Origin: Eledone cirrhosa
Taxonomy: Eukaryota
NCBI GenBank assembly: GCA_964016885.1
Contig: OZ024754.1
Span: forward strand, 43,028,001-43,092,000
Direction of reading: 5' to 3'
DNA length: 64,000 nucleotides
Shown: in pieces, positions 43,276-57,331 of the stretch
Numbering within the stretch: the first letter of the stretch is position 1
How the letters are laid out: each line of letters begins with the position of its first letter
The notes under the pieces: model-generated
Told to the model about the DNA's origin: nothing
The model's database searches: none
Seen by the model: the letters and a program-made list of their open reading frames with translations, nothing else
Translations under genes and position numbers: made by a program

Positions 43276-43658
43276 GAGGGGGGAGAGGGAGAGATGAAGG
43301 TTAAATGACTAAATTTCAAAATTCAAAGGACAAACATAATTTGAATCGTGGTTAATATAGTTTACAATTCAAGAGGGAGATCTTTGTGGAATGTCAGAAT
43401 GTCATGCCTTCTTACAGAGGCATTGTTCAGTTGGAAGAACTGTATTCTACAATGACCTGATAGAAGGATAGACATGGGAGGAGGAGGAGGGAGAAGGGGA
43501 GGGGGAGGGGTGGAGTATTGTGGCAAAGAACATTGTTTATTTAGTATATATATATCATATTTATGTTGGTGCTGACAAGCGATGGAAGTATTATAATGAA
43601 AAGCTACCGTAAATGTTTATGTCTGTTTGGATAACTTTATACTCTCACATAGACATAG

Positions 43659-43691
<33 letters not shown>

Positions 43692-43850
43692 CATATATAC
43701 ATATATACATGCATATATAAATATTTATATATATATGTACACACACAGACATATATATATATATATACACATATATATATATAAGCTTTATATATATATA
43801 TATGTACACACACGCACATATATATATATACACACACATATATATATAAG

Positions 43851-43921
<71 letters not shown>

Positions 43922-43956
43922 TATATACTTTATCGCTCTCTCTCTGTATATATATA

Positions 43957-43996
<40 letters not shown>

Positions 43997-44011
43997 CTTT
44001 ATCTCTCTCTC

Positions 44012-44105
<94 letters not shown>

Positions 44106-44236
44106 CACACATACATAAATATATGACAAGTCAGTATGTTTTTGTTTTGAAACAGCGAGCGCGTTTGAATTAGAAATAGAAGCTAAACCCTACTATCAGG
44201 CTAACATTCCTTAAGTAAAAAAATACGACGAAAGCT

Positions 44237-44302
<66 letters not shown>

Positions 44303-44762
44303 ACATATTTATATATATATTCTGTCTATCGTCTCCTCCACTGCCTCTCTCTCTCTCTCTCTCTCTCTCTAAGCAATGAGTTATTAATATTGATATTATT
44401 GATATATATATGATTAAAAGCCGATGATATGGCTAAATATCGCCATTGAAACACGTTTCTTATTAATTATGAATTCTTTGTGTACTTTGTAGTGTAAATT
44501 ATAAATACATACATACATACATACACATACACACATATATATATATATTTATATATATATAGTAATAATAATAAATGTGAAGACTAAAATCGAAAGAGGG
44601 CTCGATAAGGATAAATATATATCAAATATATAAGAACCCTAGAGCAAATATTTATTAAAATAACAGATTAAAGTTTAAGCAAGAATCGCTTAACGGGATT
44701 TTCTTAAACTTTAATCTGTTACAACCCGCCTGTCCCCTCAATCTATCGTATTTCTCATTCTT

Positions 44763-44798
44763 TCTTCTGGTGAAGAACTAGCGTCCGAAACGTTAAGA
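44763..44798 (+). ncRNA. Very small hammerhead motif, family 6 (core mutated)
   Basis: tctt CTGGTGA a gaac tagc gtcc GAAA cg TT aaga. Confidence 0.5.
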
Positions 44799-44880
44799 CC
44801 CTCTTCCTGCTATATCAAACGTTAACTTAATATATCCCTTCCATTGTTATTTCTGTTTACCTGTTACATACACCCCCTCC

Positions 44881-44912
<32 letters not shown>

Positions 44913-45536
44913 TCTTATATATATATATATATATATATGAGGGGGGGGGGCTGGAACGAAAGTTCTATTTGATTCTAGAGCTGGAAATATTAGCTGAACA
45001 AAATGCTGAATCCAATAATATATACCTTAAACTATAAATATTTCTTCGACATGAAAGCGAAACATGCATCTTCCGTGAGAAGTCTTTTGACTGATCAATA
45101 TCTTAACAAGATTCTGTGGACATGATCAGTTGTGAAATACAGCCAAATATATATGTCTGAATCACTGACTGATTGACCGTTTGACCAACAGCTGTACAAG
45201 ACATGACTGGCAACAGATCATTTGGTGAGAGATCGAATGTCATCTGATATCTATGGCTAACATTTGAGAATGGTTGACTTAGAGGTCAGGAAACTAAACG
45301 AAACTCATCATAGTTTGATTACTTCAAATATTCGTTCGTGTCAAAAAAATCAACAAAAGAAAAAAACAAAAAACTAAGCAACAAATAAACAAATAAAAAT
45401 ATATATGAAAAAAAAAGGAGAAAAAACAAAGAAAGACAATAAAAATAAAGAATAAAAAAAAATAGCCAAAGATTAAAAGAAAATGGAATGGAGAAAAAAG
45501 CAAAACAACAATGACAAGGTGATAGACAAATATATG

Positions 45537-45599
<63 letters not shown>

Positions 45600-45794
45600 G
45601 TATGTATGGATGTATGTATGTTTGTATGTATATATGTATGTATATATGTATGTGTGTATGCATGTATGTATATATGTATGTTTGTATGTAAGGGCGGAAG
45701 AACTGATGAGTTAACAACCATCCAAAAATGTGTAAATATGTATATAGATGTGTATATATGTATATACATACTTATACATATGTGTATATATGCG

Positions 45795-46045
45795 TGGGGA
45801 CATAGAAATAGTCGGGCTGGACACCCGATCGCGCGGTTAAACCACTGGGAGTGAAGGACCCCTAGCCTTTGTCAGGGTTCTTCTAGGAGAAGGCAACTCA
45901 GGAAACTGGGATAACTCCGACATAAAACCTGCGGCTCAGTAGTTACCGATGATGTTGATCTTTTCTTCTTTTCGGGTTATAGCTACTGTCGCTCAGAGAG
46001 TGGGATTGGCTCAGTGCACAGTCTTTCCTCACTTAAACCCTATAG
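45795..46045 (+). mobile_element. RTE-type 5' head fragment
   Basis: gacccctagcctttgtcag...ctaggagaaggcaactc...gagagtgggattggct, homologous to 33887-34055. Confidence 0.6.
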
Positions 46046-46143
46046 TACAGCTGACCATGTTATTCTTCATTCTTTTACTATATATATATTTATATTTATA
46101 TATATATACACATACACACAGAGTGCAACAATAATGTGAGCAA

Positions 46144-46179
<36 letters not shown>

Positions 46180-46298
46180 TGTGTGTACTTCCATACATAA
46201 TTGCCCACATGTATGACAGTGATACAAATCTAGTACTATATCTTCTACTGCTTCGCTAAATTTACGTCTTGCTTTCTTAATATGGAAACACATACGGC

Positions 46299-46331
<33 letters not shown>

Positions 46332-46713
46332 TACCAACAGGAATGAACAACAAACAAGTAGAAACTACCCAAATAACACAACTTAACGTCCCACAACACG
46401 TTAGTCTCATCAATCAGTCGGCTGTAACTCTTGAAATTACGTCTTAAAGCTTGTAATGTACGACATACCCCATCATTCATCTGTAAAAAAACTTCATCCC
46501 TTTGAAGTTTCTTCTTCTTCTTTTTCTTCTTCTTCTTCTTCTTCTTCTTCTTCTTCTTCGTCGCCCATGGCGGCATACTTTAATCTCTGCCAATTTTAAA
46601 TATTCGTATCTACAAACATACGTACGTACGTAAATACCTATATACATGTTTGTATATATACATATATATGTTTGTTCGAGTATATATACATACAAACACA
46701 CACACACACACAG

Positions 46714-46763
<50 letters not shown>

Positions 46764-47035
46764 TTGCACATTTCTTTCGGGGGTCTGTGTTACCCATATA
46801 AACTGTCTCCCTCTATTGGGGAAAATCGACTAACTTTTAAATTCCATCTGTGATAACATTTTACACGTTTTTATTGTATGTAAACTTCCCCCTTTGTATT
46901 TGTCCCCTTCTTTTGTGCCCCTGTGGCTAATAAAGAAATATATCTATCTATCTATATATATATCTCTCTCTCTATATATATATGTATATATATATATATA
47001 TATACATCTCTCTCTCTATATATATATATAAATAT

Positions 47036-47076
<41 letters not shown>

Positions 47077-47105
47077 CATACATCTCTCTCTCTATATATA
47101 CATAC

Positions 47106-47136
<31 letters not shown>

Positions 47137-47159
47137 CATCTCTCTCTCTCTCTCTCTAA

Positions 47160-47197
<38 letters not shown>

Positions 47198-47342
47198 ATA
47201 TATATATATATATATATATAAGTGTGCGTGAGAGCATGTGTATGTGTATTTTTATGACTATTCATAATCGTATCGCTAGAAAACATCTCTAAATTCCACG
47301 AATGTTTTTTTCTGCCCTTCGTCTATTCTTCTGCTGTGTTGA

Positions 47343-47569
47343 TCATACATCTTCCCTGTGTGGGGTGGTCGTTGTCAGTGCGGTCGCTATCAAAGCATCA
47401 TGTCTGTAACGATGTAACGCCACCCGTTTATTTCTTCCTGATGGCAAACGGCAGTTGTAACCCAGGGTGATATCAATCTTGATTCTTCGCTTTCTCGTGT
47501 AACGTCTTTGTCCCTTGTCATTTATGATATCCTTTAAAAAGAAACGGCCCCTCAGCAAATTATCCATAA
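47343..47569 (-). CDS. Candidate last coding exon of an IL-17/cystine-knot-like gene
   Basis: Acceptor cttgtttttcag; phase 1; (V)MDNLLRGRFFLKD...IDITLGYNCRLP...*; non-repetitive. Confidence 0.35.
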
Positions 47570-47755
47570 CTGAAAAACAAGAGGATATGAAAGGGGCGAT
47601 AGTGTAAAATTACACACACACGTGTAAACCAGGTCCGAACACAGAGGAACCAATCTCCCACTCTCATCGCCTCCATCTTAGTTACAACAGTGACATATAC
47701 AGCTACTTAAGTTTCGTTGGGTTATGCACCCCAACTGTTATAAAAACAAAGATGA

Positions 47756-47793
<38 letters not shown>

Positions 47794-47797
<4 letters not shown>

Positions 47798-47982
47798 ATG
47801 TTTGACCCCGACGGCAGAGCTCAAGCCGTTCGAGGGGTATTTCTGCGTCCAGAAATAGCCGTCAAAACGGCTTGAGCTCAGCCGTCGGGGTCAAACATTT
47901 TTCTATTACCCACTCTACTACCCTAAGTATTGAGTACTCTGGTGCGTTATGGTCCATCTGGTTCCTTACCACACCTCCTTCG

Positions 47983-47985
<3 letters not shown>
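47794..47985. mobile_element. Family 3 fold-back element
   Basis: gaaaatgtttgaccccgacgg...ccgtcggggtcaaacatttt plus right tail; (TA)n flanks. Confidence 0.8.
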
Positions 47986-48014
<29 letters not shown>

Positions 48015-48064
48015 AATATATGCAATATATGTACATTTATATGTAATATTTGTACATATATATA

Positions 48065-48900
48065 TATATATATATAAGTATATATGTATGTTTATATATA
48101 TATACATACACACACACATATATATGTATATATATATATATATAAGTATATATGTATGTTTATATATATATATACATACATACACACACACATATATATG
48201 TATATATATATATATGAGTATATATGTATGTTTATATATATATACATACACACACACACACATATATATGTATATATATATATAAGTATATATGTATGTT
48301 TATATATATATACATACACACACACACACATATATATGTATATATATATATATAAGTATATATGTATGTTTATATATATATACATACACACACACACACA
48401 CATATATGTATATATATATATATAAGTATATATGTATGTTTATATATATATACATACACACACACACACATATATATGTATATATATATATATAAGTATA
48501 TATGTATGTTTATATATATATACATACACACACACACACATATATATGTATATATATATATATAAGTATATATGTATGTTTATATATATATACATACACA
48601 CACACACACATATATATGTATATATATATATATAAGTATATATGTATGTTTATATATATATACATACACACACACACACATATATATGTATATATATATA
48701 TATATAAGTATATATGTATGTTTATATATATATACATACACACACACACACATATATATGTATATATATATATATAAGTATATATGTATGTTTATATATA
48801 TATACATACACACACACACATATATATGTATATATATATATATAAGTATATATGTATGTTTATATATATATACATACACACACACACACACATATATATG
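48065..48900. repeat. About 70-bp compound minisatellite built from TA/CA tracts
   Basis: Recurring taagtatatatgtatgtttatata...cacacaca unit. Confidence 0.85.
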
Positions 48901-49860
48901 TATGTATATATATATATATATTTATATATTTATTAAATTTCGCCATAAATCCATAAATAATTGATAATTTCTCAGTAATTCCTCGACGTCTATCCAGTTA
49001 TGGAAGCCTTAGAAGTAAACAACGAGACTCGTGTCAAATTCTTCAGTCTAATAAATCTATAGGATATTCCTTGTCATCTATACCACATAAATCTGGTTCT
49101 TCAAGTGTCTTTATGAGATGTTTAGCTTTTGAAAGAAACACTTGAAAGACTTTAATAACTGTCTTCAAGTGTGCCATCACTTCACAAAAATTAATTTTCA
49201 AAATTTTATTGCTCTTTCGTCGAAGAAAACCAATATTAGTCATCCGTCCATTTATCTCCACACACACACATACACACACACACACACCCACACGCACACG
49301 CACACGCACACGCACACACACACACACATACACGCACACACACACACGCACACGCACACGCACACGCGCACGCACACAAATTCCCCCCATACACACAACA
49401 CACCCACATTCCCCCCCCCACACACACACAACAACCCTCACACTCTCCACACACACACACAAACCCCCAACACACACGCCCACACACACATGCTCACACA
49501 CACGCACGCACACAAATTCCCCCCATACACACAACACTCCCACATTCCCCCCCACACACACAACAACCCTCACACTCTCCACACACACACACAAATCCCC
49601 AACACACACGCCCCCACACACATGCACACACACACGCACGCACACAAATTCCCCCCATACACACAACACACCCACATCCCCCCCCACCACACACACAGCA
49701 ACCCTCACACTCTCCACACACACACACAAACCCCCAACACACACGCCCCCACACACAAACACACTCACGAACGCCCTCACACACACACACACACGCCCCC
49801 ACACACATAAGCTCACCACATCCCAAGCACACCCACATACCTACAGTATATTCTCCTCAC

Positions 49861-49947
49861 CAAGACATATTACTGATCCAATTGTAGGATTCTCTCGCGG
49901 AAGTCTGTTACTCATTATTGGCGTCGTTGTCTTCGGCGTTGATCTGC
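49861..49947 (-). CDS. Candidate internal exon (phase 1-1)
   Basis: Acceptor ttgtttaggtag, donor CTTG/gtgagg; RSTPKTTTPIMSNRLPRENPTIGSVICL. Confidence 0.3.
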
Positions 49948-50236
49948 CTACCTAAACAAGCAATTAAGGTGTGCAATGTGTTTGATATACGGCAGCCCTA
50001 ACAACCCCACAAAGTATCTGTCTGTAATAAGGGTGTGGTGAAACAATAATACACAGGTACGTTATAATTTCTACCTGATATTTCGAGATGGACACACAAT
50101 TACTAACATACTTTTCGAGATAAAAACAACATGTTCAATATGTAATATGTTATGTTTTTCACACGCATGTGTATGTATATGTATATATATATATATGTGT
50201 ATGTATATATATATATGGGTATGTATATGTATATAT

Positions 50237-50268
<32 letters not shown>

Positions 50269-50322
50269 GTGTATGTATATGTATATATATGTGTATGTAT
50301 ATATATATATATATATATATGC

Positions 50323-50357
<35 letters not shown>

Positions 50358-50399
50358 ATGGATATATGTATGTGTGTGAGCGCGTGTGTGTATGTATGA

Positions 50400-50481
50400 A
50401 TACAGGAGATGGCAGCGATAATGAGGGACAGAGACCGCTGGAGAGAACTCGTCCATGGATCTCGGGAATTTTACCCGCCTT

Positions 50482-50484
<3 letters not shown>
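50400..50484 (+). pseudogene. RTE LINE extreme 3' end
   Basis: [20 protein letters not shown] resembles the RTE C-terminal DR..WR..V motif. Confidence 0.6.
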
Positions 50485-50556
<72 letters not shown>

Positions 50557-50743
50557 TAACTCTGTACTATACATAGAGCACTCTTCTTTCCTTTACCTTT
50601 TCTACACACACACATATATATATAGTTCGGATCTAGCTCTCGTAACGGCCGGAGCTCAGCCGTCGGGGTCCTGACTCTTTTCCCATATATATCATCATCA
50701 TCACCGTTTTACGTCCGTTCTTCCACGCTAGCATGGGTTAGAC

Positions 50744-50779
<36 letters not shown>

Positions 50780-50787
<8 letters not shown>

Positions 50788-51203
50788 AGATCAAAAGATG
50801 GTTAAAGGAGTTCAATATATTTTATTATGCGCATTTCAAAAACAAACATCATCAAACAATAATATTTGTGTTTTCATCAGATAAAACAGGAGAACATGAT
50901 ATGAAGGCTAAAAAAACACTTGTTGATAGTGCAGTTTTAAATCAACATATATGATTTAAAACTGCACTATCAACAAGTGTTTTTTTTAGCCTTCATATCA
51001 TGTTCTCCTGTTTTATCTGATGAAAACACAAATATTATTGTTTGATGATGTTTGTTTTTGAAATGCGCATAATAAAATATATTGAACTCCTTTAACCATC
51101 TTTTGATCTTATATTATGCATACTCCAGTCCCACAAACTGTAGAGTGCTTCTTATCCGATATCTGCATTGCTTTATTGTACTACAATAAAACTCACCTCC
51201 TAC
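50780..51203. mobile_element. Family 2-related fold-back element: palindrome 50780-51117 plus right tail
   Basis: About 165-bp arms, 7-nt spacer (50945-50951); HHRs on both strands. Confidence 0.9.
51009..51079 (+). ncRNA. Minimal hammerhead ribozyme with TGCGCA stem III
   Basis: tgttttat CTGATGA aaac acaaatattat..atgatgtttgt tttt GAAA tgcgca TA ataaaata. Confidence 0.75.
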
Positions 51204-51408
51204 ATATATATATATATATATATATATAATCTTATTATTTCATTGTTTCCAGTTCTTGGTATGAGGCCATGCTGGTGCACCGCTTTACATTATTTCCTTT
51301 CAGTTTTGTTTTAATTTTATGACTGGAAGTTGATCTATGATTGACTTTATGACAGATGATCTTCCTTCAGTATCACCTTAAATATCAGGCTGGTCTCTTA
51401 CAGTGGTT

Positions 51409-51671
51409 AGGAGTTAAGCCAGTGCTCAGGTGTTATACCACTGCTCAGGAGTTAAGCCACTGCTCAGGAGTTAAGCCAATGCTCAGGAGTTAAGCCAATG
51501 TTCAGGAGTTAAGCCACTGCTCAGGAGTTAAGCCACTGCTCAGGAGTTAAGCCACTGCTCAGGAGTTAAGCCACTGCTCAGGAGTTAAGCCAATGCTCAG
51601 GAGTTAAGCCAATGCTCAGGAGTTAAGCCAATGCGCAGGACTTAAGCCAATGCTCAGGAGTTAAGCCACTG
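51409..51671. repeat. 19-bp minisatellite (aggagttaagcca(c/a)tgctc)n, about 14 copies
   Basis: Seen directly. Confidence 0.9.
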
Positions 51672-52414
51672 TTTTTTTAAACGAGTCTATAGAGGTCCCT
51701 TATATTTCTGATTCCTTTAGGTAAGCAGTTGAACACCCGAGGACCTCGAAATAACACACCGCTACAATGGAGTGGTTTTGCCCACGATTTCTTATGTGGT
51801 ATATGTGAAAGGTGGTATTATCTACTAATTCTTTTATTAAATTGCTCTTTAATGCCCACGTTGGGAGCTTGGCCCTTACCTTCCCTACATATTTAATTTA
51901 ACAGAATATTTCTCTCTTCGTAAACGTTTCACAACTGAACCATATTGCCCTCCACAGCGCCCAAAACCCCACCTCATATTCGCGGAATCGTAAATATTTC
52001 CTGCGATTTTTTTAAATGACATTTTTCATGGATTGGCAGTATCGGTAGAGTTCAAATCCCGTCGAGGTTAACTTTGCCTTTCACCCTTACGGGGTCGATA
52101 AAATAAAGTACCAGTATTACACTGGTCTTGTGCCAAAAGTAGAAACAATATAAATTTCTTTAACACTAAATTATTAATAACAATATACCCTATTTGCCGG
52201 CCTATTGGACGCCCCTTCCACATAAGACGCTCCCGCTTTTTAAAAATTATATTTTACGTTATATTCTGACGTTTAAAAGGCATTTTTATGGACCAGTCCA
52301 ATATTCGCGGTTTTTCACTTTTTGCGAGTTTCTCTAGGAACCTAACCTCCGCGAATACTGGGTGACTATTGTATAACCATATCTGACAGTGCAACAATTA
52401 TTCCTGACGCCGAC

Positions 52415-52452
52415 CACACCCTGTACAGGAACATTCTTTTTTAACTATAAAT
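52415..52452 (-). CDS. Candidate micro-exon FIVKKECSCTGC
   Basis: Good acceptor tttcttttgacag; weak donor gtcggc; CxCxxC motif. Confidence 0.3.
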
Positions 52453-53860
52453 CTGTCAAAAGAAATCGAAGAAAAGCTTCCAAATCTCACGAGTATCAGC
52501 AGGGATAACAACAACAACAACAACAACAACAGGAACAACAACAACAACAACAACAACAGCAGAAGCTGGAACAACAACAGCACCAACAAAAACAATAACA
52601 AAAACAGCAGCACCAACAGGAACAACAACAATAACAACAACAAAAACAATAACAAAAACAGCAGCACCAACAGGAACAACAACAATAACAACAGCAACAA
52701 CAATAACAAAAACAGCAGCACCAACAGGAACAACAACAATAACAACAGCAACAACAATAACAAAAACAACAGCACCAACAGGAAAAACAATAACAACAGC
52801 AGCGGCAACAAAACAACAATAACAACAATATCAACAACAACAACACGCCAAACTGGAAAAGGGGGCATTACAAGGGCTTTACACTTCCTAACTGTGGCCA
52901 ACGTCAACCACATAGGATAGTAAAATGAATGTGAGGGGAGAGAGAAAGAGATGGGGTGAGTATAGTCAGAAGAAGGGGCTGGGGGTCGTATGGACGGTAG
53001 ATGGTGGTGGTGGGGTGACCAGGGACTTTATATTCTGCTAAAGAAGTGTGGATTTTTGAAGGAGTTCATTTGTAGCCCCTTAAAATAATCCAGTACTTTA
53101 GTCTATTGTTAAATGATTTGCAACAACAAGCATGAAATTCTGTCCCCTACCTCACCCTCACGAACGACCACAATAATTACAACAATAACAAAAACACCAA
53201 CAATAACAACGCCAACAACAACAGCAGCAACACTAACTAGAAAAATAACAACTACAGCAACAATTAATAAGTGTAAAATCTCGCATTTATATATTTCATT
53301 ATTTGGCAGAATCGGTAGAGCGTTGGACTAAATGCTTTGTGGCATAGAATTACGGCCCTTTACGTTCTGAGTTCAAATCCCGCCGAGGTTAGCTTTGCCT
53401 TTCATCCTTACGGGGGTCGTTAAAATAAAGTACCAGTCACGCACTGAGGTCGATTTAATCGACTCCCCCCCCCAAAAAAAAAAGAAATTGCTAGTCTTGT
53501 GCCTGTAGTAGACATCTTTATTTTTACAAATCTTATCTCGCCGAGGTTAACTTTGCCTTTCATCCTTACGGGATCGATAAAATAAAGTATCAGTAATGCA
53601 CTGGGTTCGATTTAAATCGACTTTCCCGTTGTTGACCTTTTGCCTAAATCAGAAACCATTATTTTTACATAATCTTAAAAATAATAATTGATTCTACTTT
53701 TGGCACAAGGCCAGCAATTACCCAGTGTATTACTGGTACTTTATTTTATCGACCCCGTAAGGATGAAAGGCAAAGTTAACCTCGGCGGGATTTGAACTCA
53801 GATTGGAAAGGGCCGTAACTCTATGCGTCAAAGCTAAAAATAATAATGTTTTCCCGTTAC

Positions 53861-53939
53861 TTAGTTGTAGCAGAATTTCCGTTCTGTCTTCTGTCAGCCT
53901 CCAAAATTGGTTCCACAACCAATAAACTTGGAATGTTTA
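53861..53939 (-). CDS. Candidate internal exon (phase 1-2)
   Basis: Acceptor ttttcttatttattag, donor AA/gtaacg; NIPSLLVVEPILEADRRQNGNSATT; phase-compatible with 52452. Confidence 0.25.
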
Positions 53940-54058
53940 CTAATAAATAAGAAAATATAAACACAGCCTCTTTCCCGCACCTAACCCCCACCCTTACATC
54001 ATGTTAGCTACAGATAATCTACGTATCTGCTTTCATTCCGTTCACCCCTCTTCTACTT

Positions 54059-54091
<33 letters not shown>

Positions 54092-54165
54092 AACCTACCG
54101 TCTATATGGGTGCACACGCACACACACACACACACACACATACACACACATATATATATATATAT

Positions 54166-54289
54166 AGGAATACAGTCAGGACCCCGACGGCTGAGCACCG
54201 GCCGTTTCGACAGCTAGATCCGAACTACCCTAAGTATCGAGTACTCTGGTGCGTTATGGTCCCCCTGGTTCCTTACCACACTTTCTTTG
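54166..54289. mobile_element. Family 3 element with inversion
   Basis: Minus arm to ...gatccgaact joined to the plus-strand tail accctaagtatcgagtactc... Confidence 0.75.
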
Positions 54290-54995
54290 CTCTCTCTCTC
54301 TCTCTATCGGACCAATTGCTTCGCGGCATAGATTTACGGCCCTTTACGATCTGAATTCAAATCCCGCCGAGGTTAGCTTTGCCTTTCATCCCTACGGGGT
54401 CGATAAAATAAAGTACCAGTAACTCACTGGGGTCGATTTAAGCGACTTTCCCCTTTCCTTCAAGTTGCTGGCCTTGTGCCTAAAGTAAAAGCAATTATTT
54501 TTACATAATCTAATTTCTCCGAGGTTAACTTTGCCTTTCATCCTTACGGGATCGATAAAATAAAGTACCAGTAATGTACTGCGGTCGATTTAATCGAATT
54601 ACCCCCCTTTACGTATTGTGACAGAATCGCAGAAATTTATATATATGTAGATGATTCAATTTACAAACATAATCAGTCTCTTGTGCTCCCACAAAATAGA
54701 TCATTGCTCTTTTCTGTACATTGAAAACCAAATCTCTTGTAAAAATTCCTACAAATTATTGGCGCTGTTTTATCGTGTATTGCTCTTTGTATTCTCGTTG
54801 ACAACCAGAACTGTAGAACACTTAGCTGGAACTTCTCAACCATTTTCTCACCTTGTCAACAGGAATTAATCGATAAGAAAGTCTGACACGATAACGAACG
54901 TTGGGAGACCCGATAGACTGTAAACCTTTTTTTTTTTAAACTAGTGGGTCCGTTATCTTCGTACTCTTCGCAGATAGATTATTTACTACTACTAC

Positions 54996-55031
<36 letters not shown>

Positions 55032-55811
55032 TATAAATAATAATAATAATAATTGTTTCTACTTTTGACACAAGGCTAGCAATTATCCGAGTGTATTACT
55101 GGTACTTTATTTTATCGACCCCCGTAAGGATGTAGGGCAAAGCTAACCTCGGTGGGATTTGAACTCAGAAACGTATAGGGACGTAACAATATGCCACAAA
55201 GTAGGATGTCCAACAATAATAATGATTAGGGCGGTAGATTGGCAATACCAGTAGAGCGTCGGACGCTATGCTTCGCAGCATAGAGTTACGCCCCTTTATG
55301 ATCTTAGTTCAAATCCCGCCGAATTTAACTTTGCCTTTCATCCTTACGGGGTCGATAAAATAAAGTACCAGTAACGCACTGGGGTCGATTTAAATCGACT
55401 TTTCCCCCCTCACCCCAAATTGCTGGCCTTGTGCCAATATAAGAAACCATTATTAGTTTATTACTTTCTGGTGTCTACAAGTTTGTTAGCGATTATTGCG
55501 TTGTATCCCGTCTCAAATCTGTTGTTTAGTAAATTCCTATAAAATTATCATTCTCAGTGAAAGAGAGACTCCTATCCACGTTAGAGACTTCGCTGTTATT
55601 TACAGCATCATATTACATTAGAAAGGCGGTTATCAGCTTGTTTAAACGGACACTCCATTGATTCATCTCTCTCTCTCTCTCTCTCTCTCTCTTCTTTCTC
55701 TCTCATTCATCCATTTTCTCTCTCTTTCTCTCCCTCTCTCGCTTCTCTCTCTCTCTCACTCATCCATTCTCTCTCTTTATCTCCCTCGTTCTTTCCCCCC
55801 CACTCTCTCAT

Positions 55812-55920
55812 CGCTGAGTGGTTAGAGAATTGGATTCGCAATCGCGAGGTTGCGAGTTCGATTCCCGGACCGCGTGATGAGTTATATCCTTGGACAAGAC
55901 ACTTTAATTCACGTTGCTTC
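55812..55920 (+). mobile_element. Different tRNA-derived SINE head
   Basis: gctgagtggttagag A box, gagttcgattccc B box, tccttggacaagacacttta. Confidence 0.65.
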
Positions 55921-56167
55921 TTCTACCTGGAGTTGCGAGCGATACATAGTATTAGCAATAGGAAAGACCAATGGAAACGTTGCTTCCTCGGTCCGATCGA
56001 CTGTCGATATATATATATATATATGTACTAGTTCGGATCAACCTGTCGAAAGGGCCCGAGCTCAACCGTCGGGGTCCTGAATCTTTTCATATTACACCCT
56101 CCACTATTCCAAATATCGAGTACTTTGATAGGTTATGGTCTAGCTGGATTTTACGACACTCTATCTG

Positions 56168-56221
<54 letters not shown>

Positions 56222-56458
56222 CATATTCAAGGGCGGTGCCCCAGCATGGCCTCAGCCGGATGGCTGGAACAGGTAAAAGAGTAAAAGAGATATATGTATA
56301 TATATGTATATATATGTATATATATATATATGTGTGTATATATGTATATATATATATATGTGTATATATATATGTGTATATATATATGTATATATATATA
56401 TATATATAGATGAGATTCTACAGGACTAGAACTGTTTCATTCTTTAGAAATCATCATG

Positions 56459-56509
56459 AGATTCCTGATGATTTCTAAAGAATGAAACAGTTCTAGTTCT
56501 GTAGAATCT
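56459..56509 (+). ncRNA. Three-stem type I hammerhead ribozyme, family 5
   Basis: agattc CTGATGA t ttc taaa gaa t GAAA cag ttctagtt ctg TA gaatct; GUA site; inside palindrome 56407-56515 with a tail to about 56600. Confidence 0.8.
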
Positions 56510-56627
56510 GATCTATATTAAAACTTTTTACTCTGCTATGTATTGAGTACCTTACTTACTGTGGTTACCTCCGATTCAACCCGGAATAACTTACCTAGGT
56601 ATATATATATATGTGTATATATATATG

Positions 56628-56704
<77 letters not shown>

Positions 56705-56824
56705 GTGTATATATATATATATATATACATATATATACATATATATATATACATATATATATATACACATATATATATGTGTATATATATATATATATAT
56801 ACATATATATACATATATATATAT

Positions 56825-56885
<61 letters not shown>

Positions 56886-56948
56886 TATAGTCACTTATAT
56901 ATTATGGAATACTGTTGGCTTCTTGCTACAATACTTTCTATACCTTTC

Positions 56949-57086
<138 letters not shown>

Positions 57087-57105
57087 GTGTATATATATAT
57101 ATATA

Positions 57106-57146
<41 letters not shown>

Positions 57147-57265
57147 ATATATATATATATGTGTATATATATATATATGTGTATATATATATATATGTGT
57201 ATATATATATATATATATATGTGTATATATATATATATATATGTGTATATATATATATATATATG

Positions 57266-57331
<66 letters not shown>

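Larger units (their letters stand above)
53303..55452. mobile_element. Cluster of at least 7 tRNA-SINE copies on both strands
   Basis: About 53303-53515+, 53538-53660+, 53688-53828-, 54320-54497+, 54518-54608+, 55052-55192-, 55230-55452+. Confidence 0.85.

Noticed and set aside
46197-46480. Two possible minus-strand exons (MNDGVCRTLQ..., KARRKFSEAVEDIV...)
   Set aside because: Phases are incompatible with the better donor, and the product is not recognisable.
49043-49258. Unique open stretch EINGRMTNIGF...DLLD
   Set aside because: No clear splice sites or homology.
55812-55871. tRNA gene
   Set aside because: It has A/B boxes but no acceptor stem and continues into SINE body sequence.
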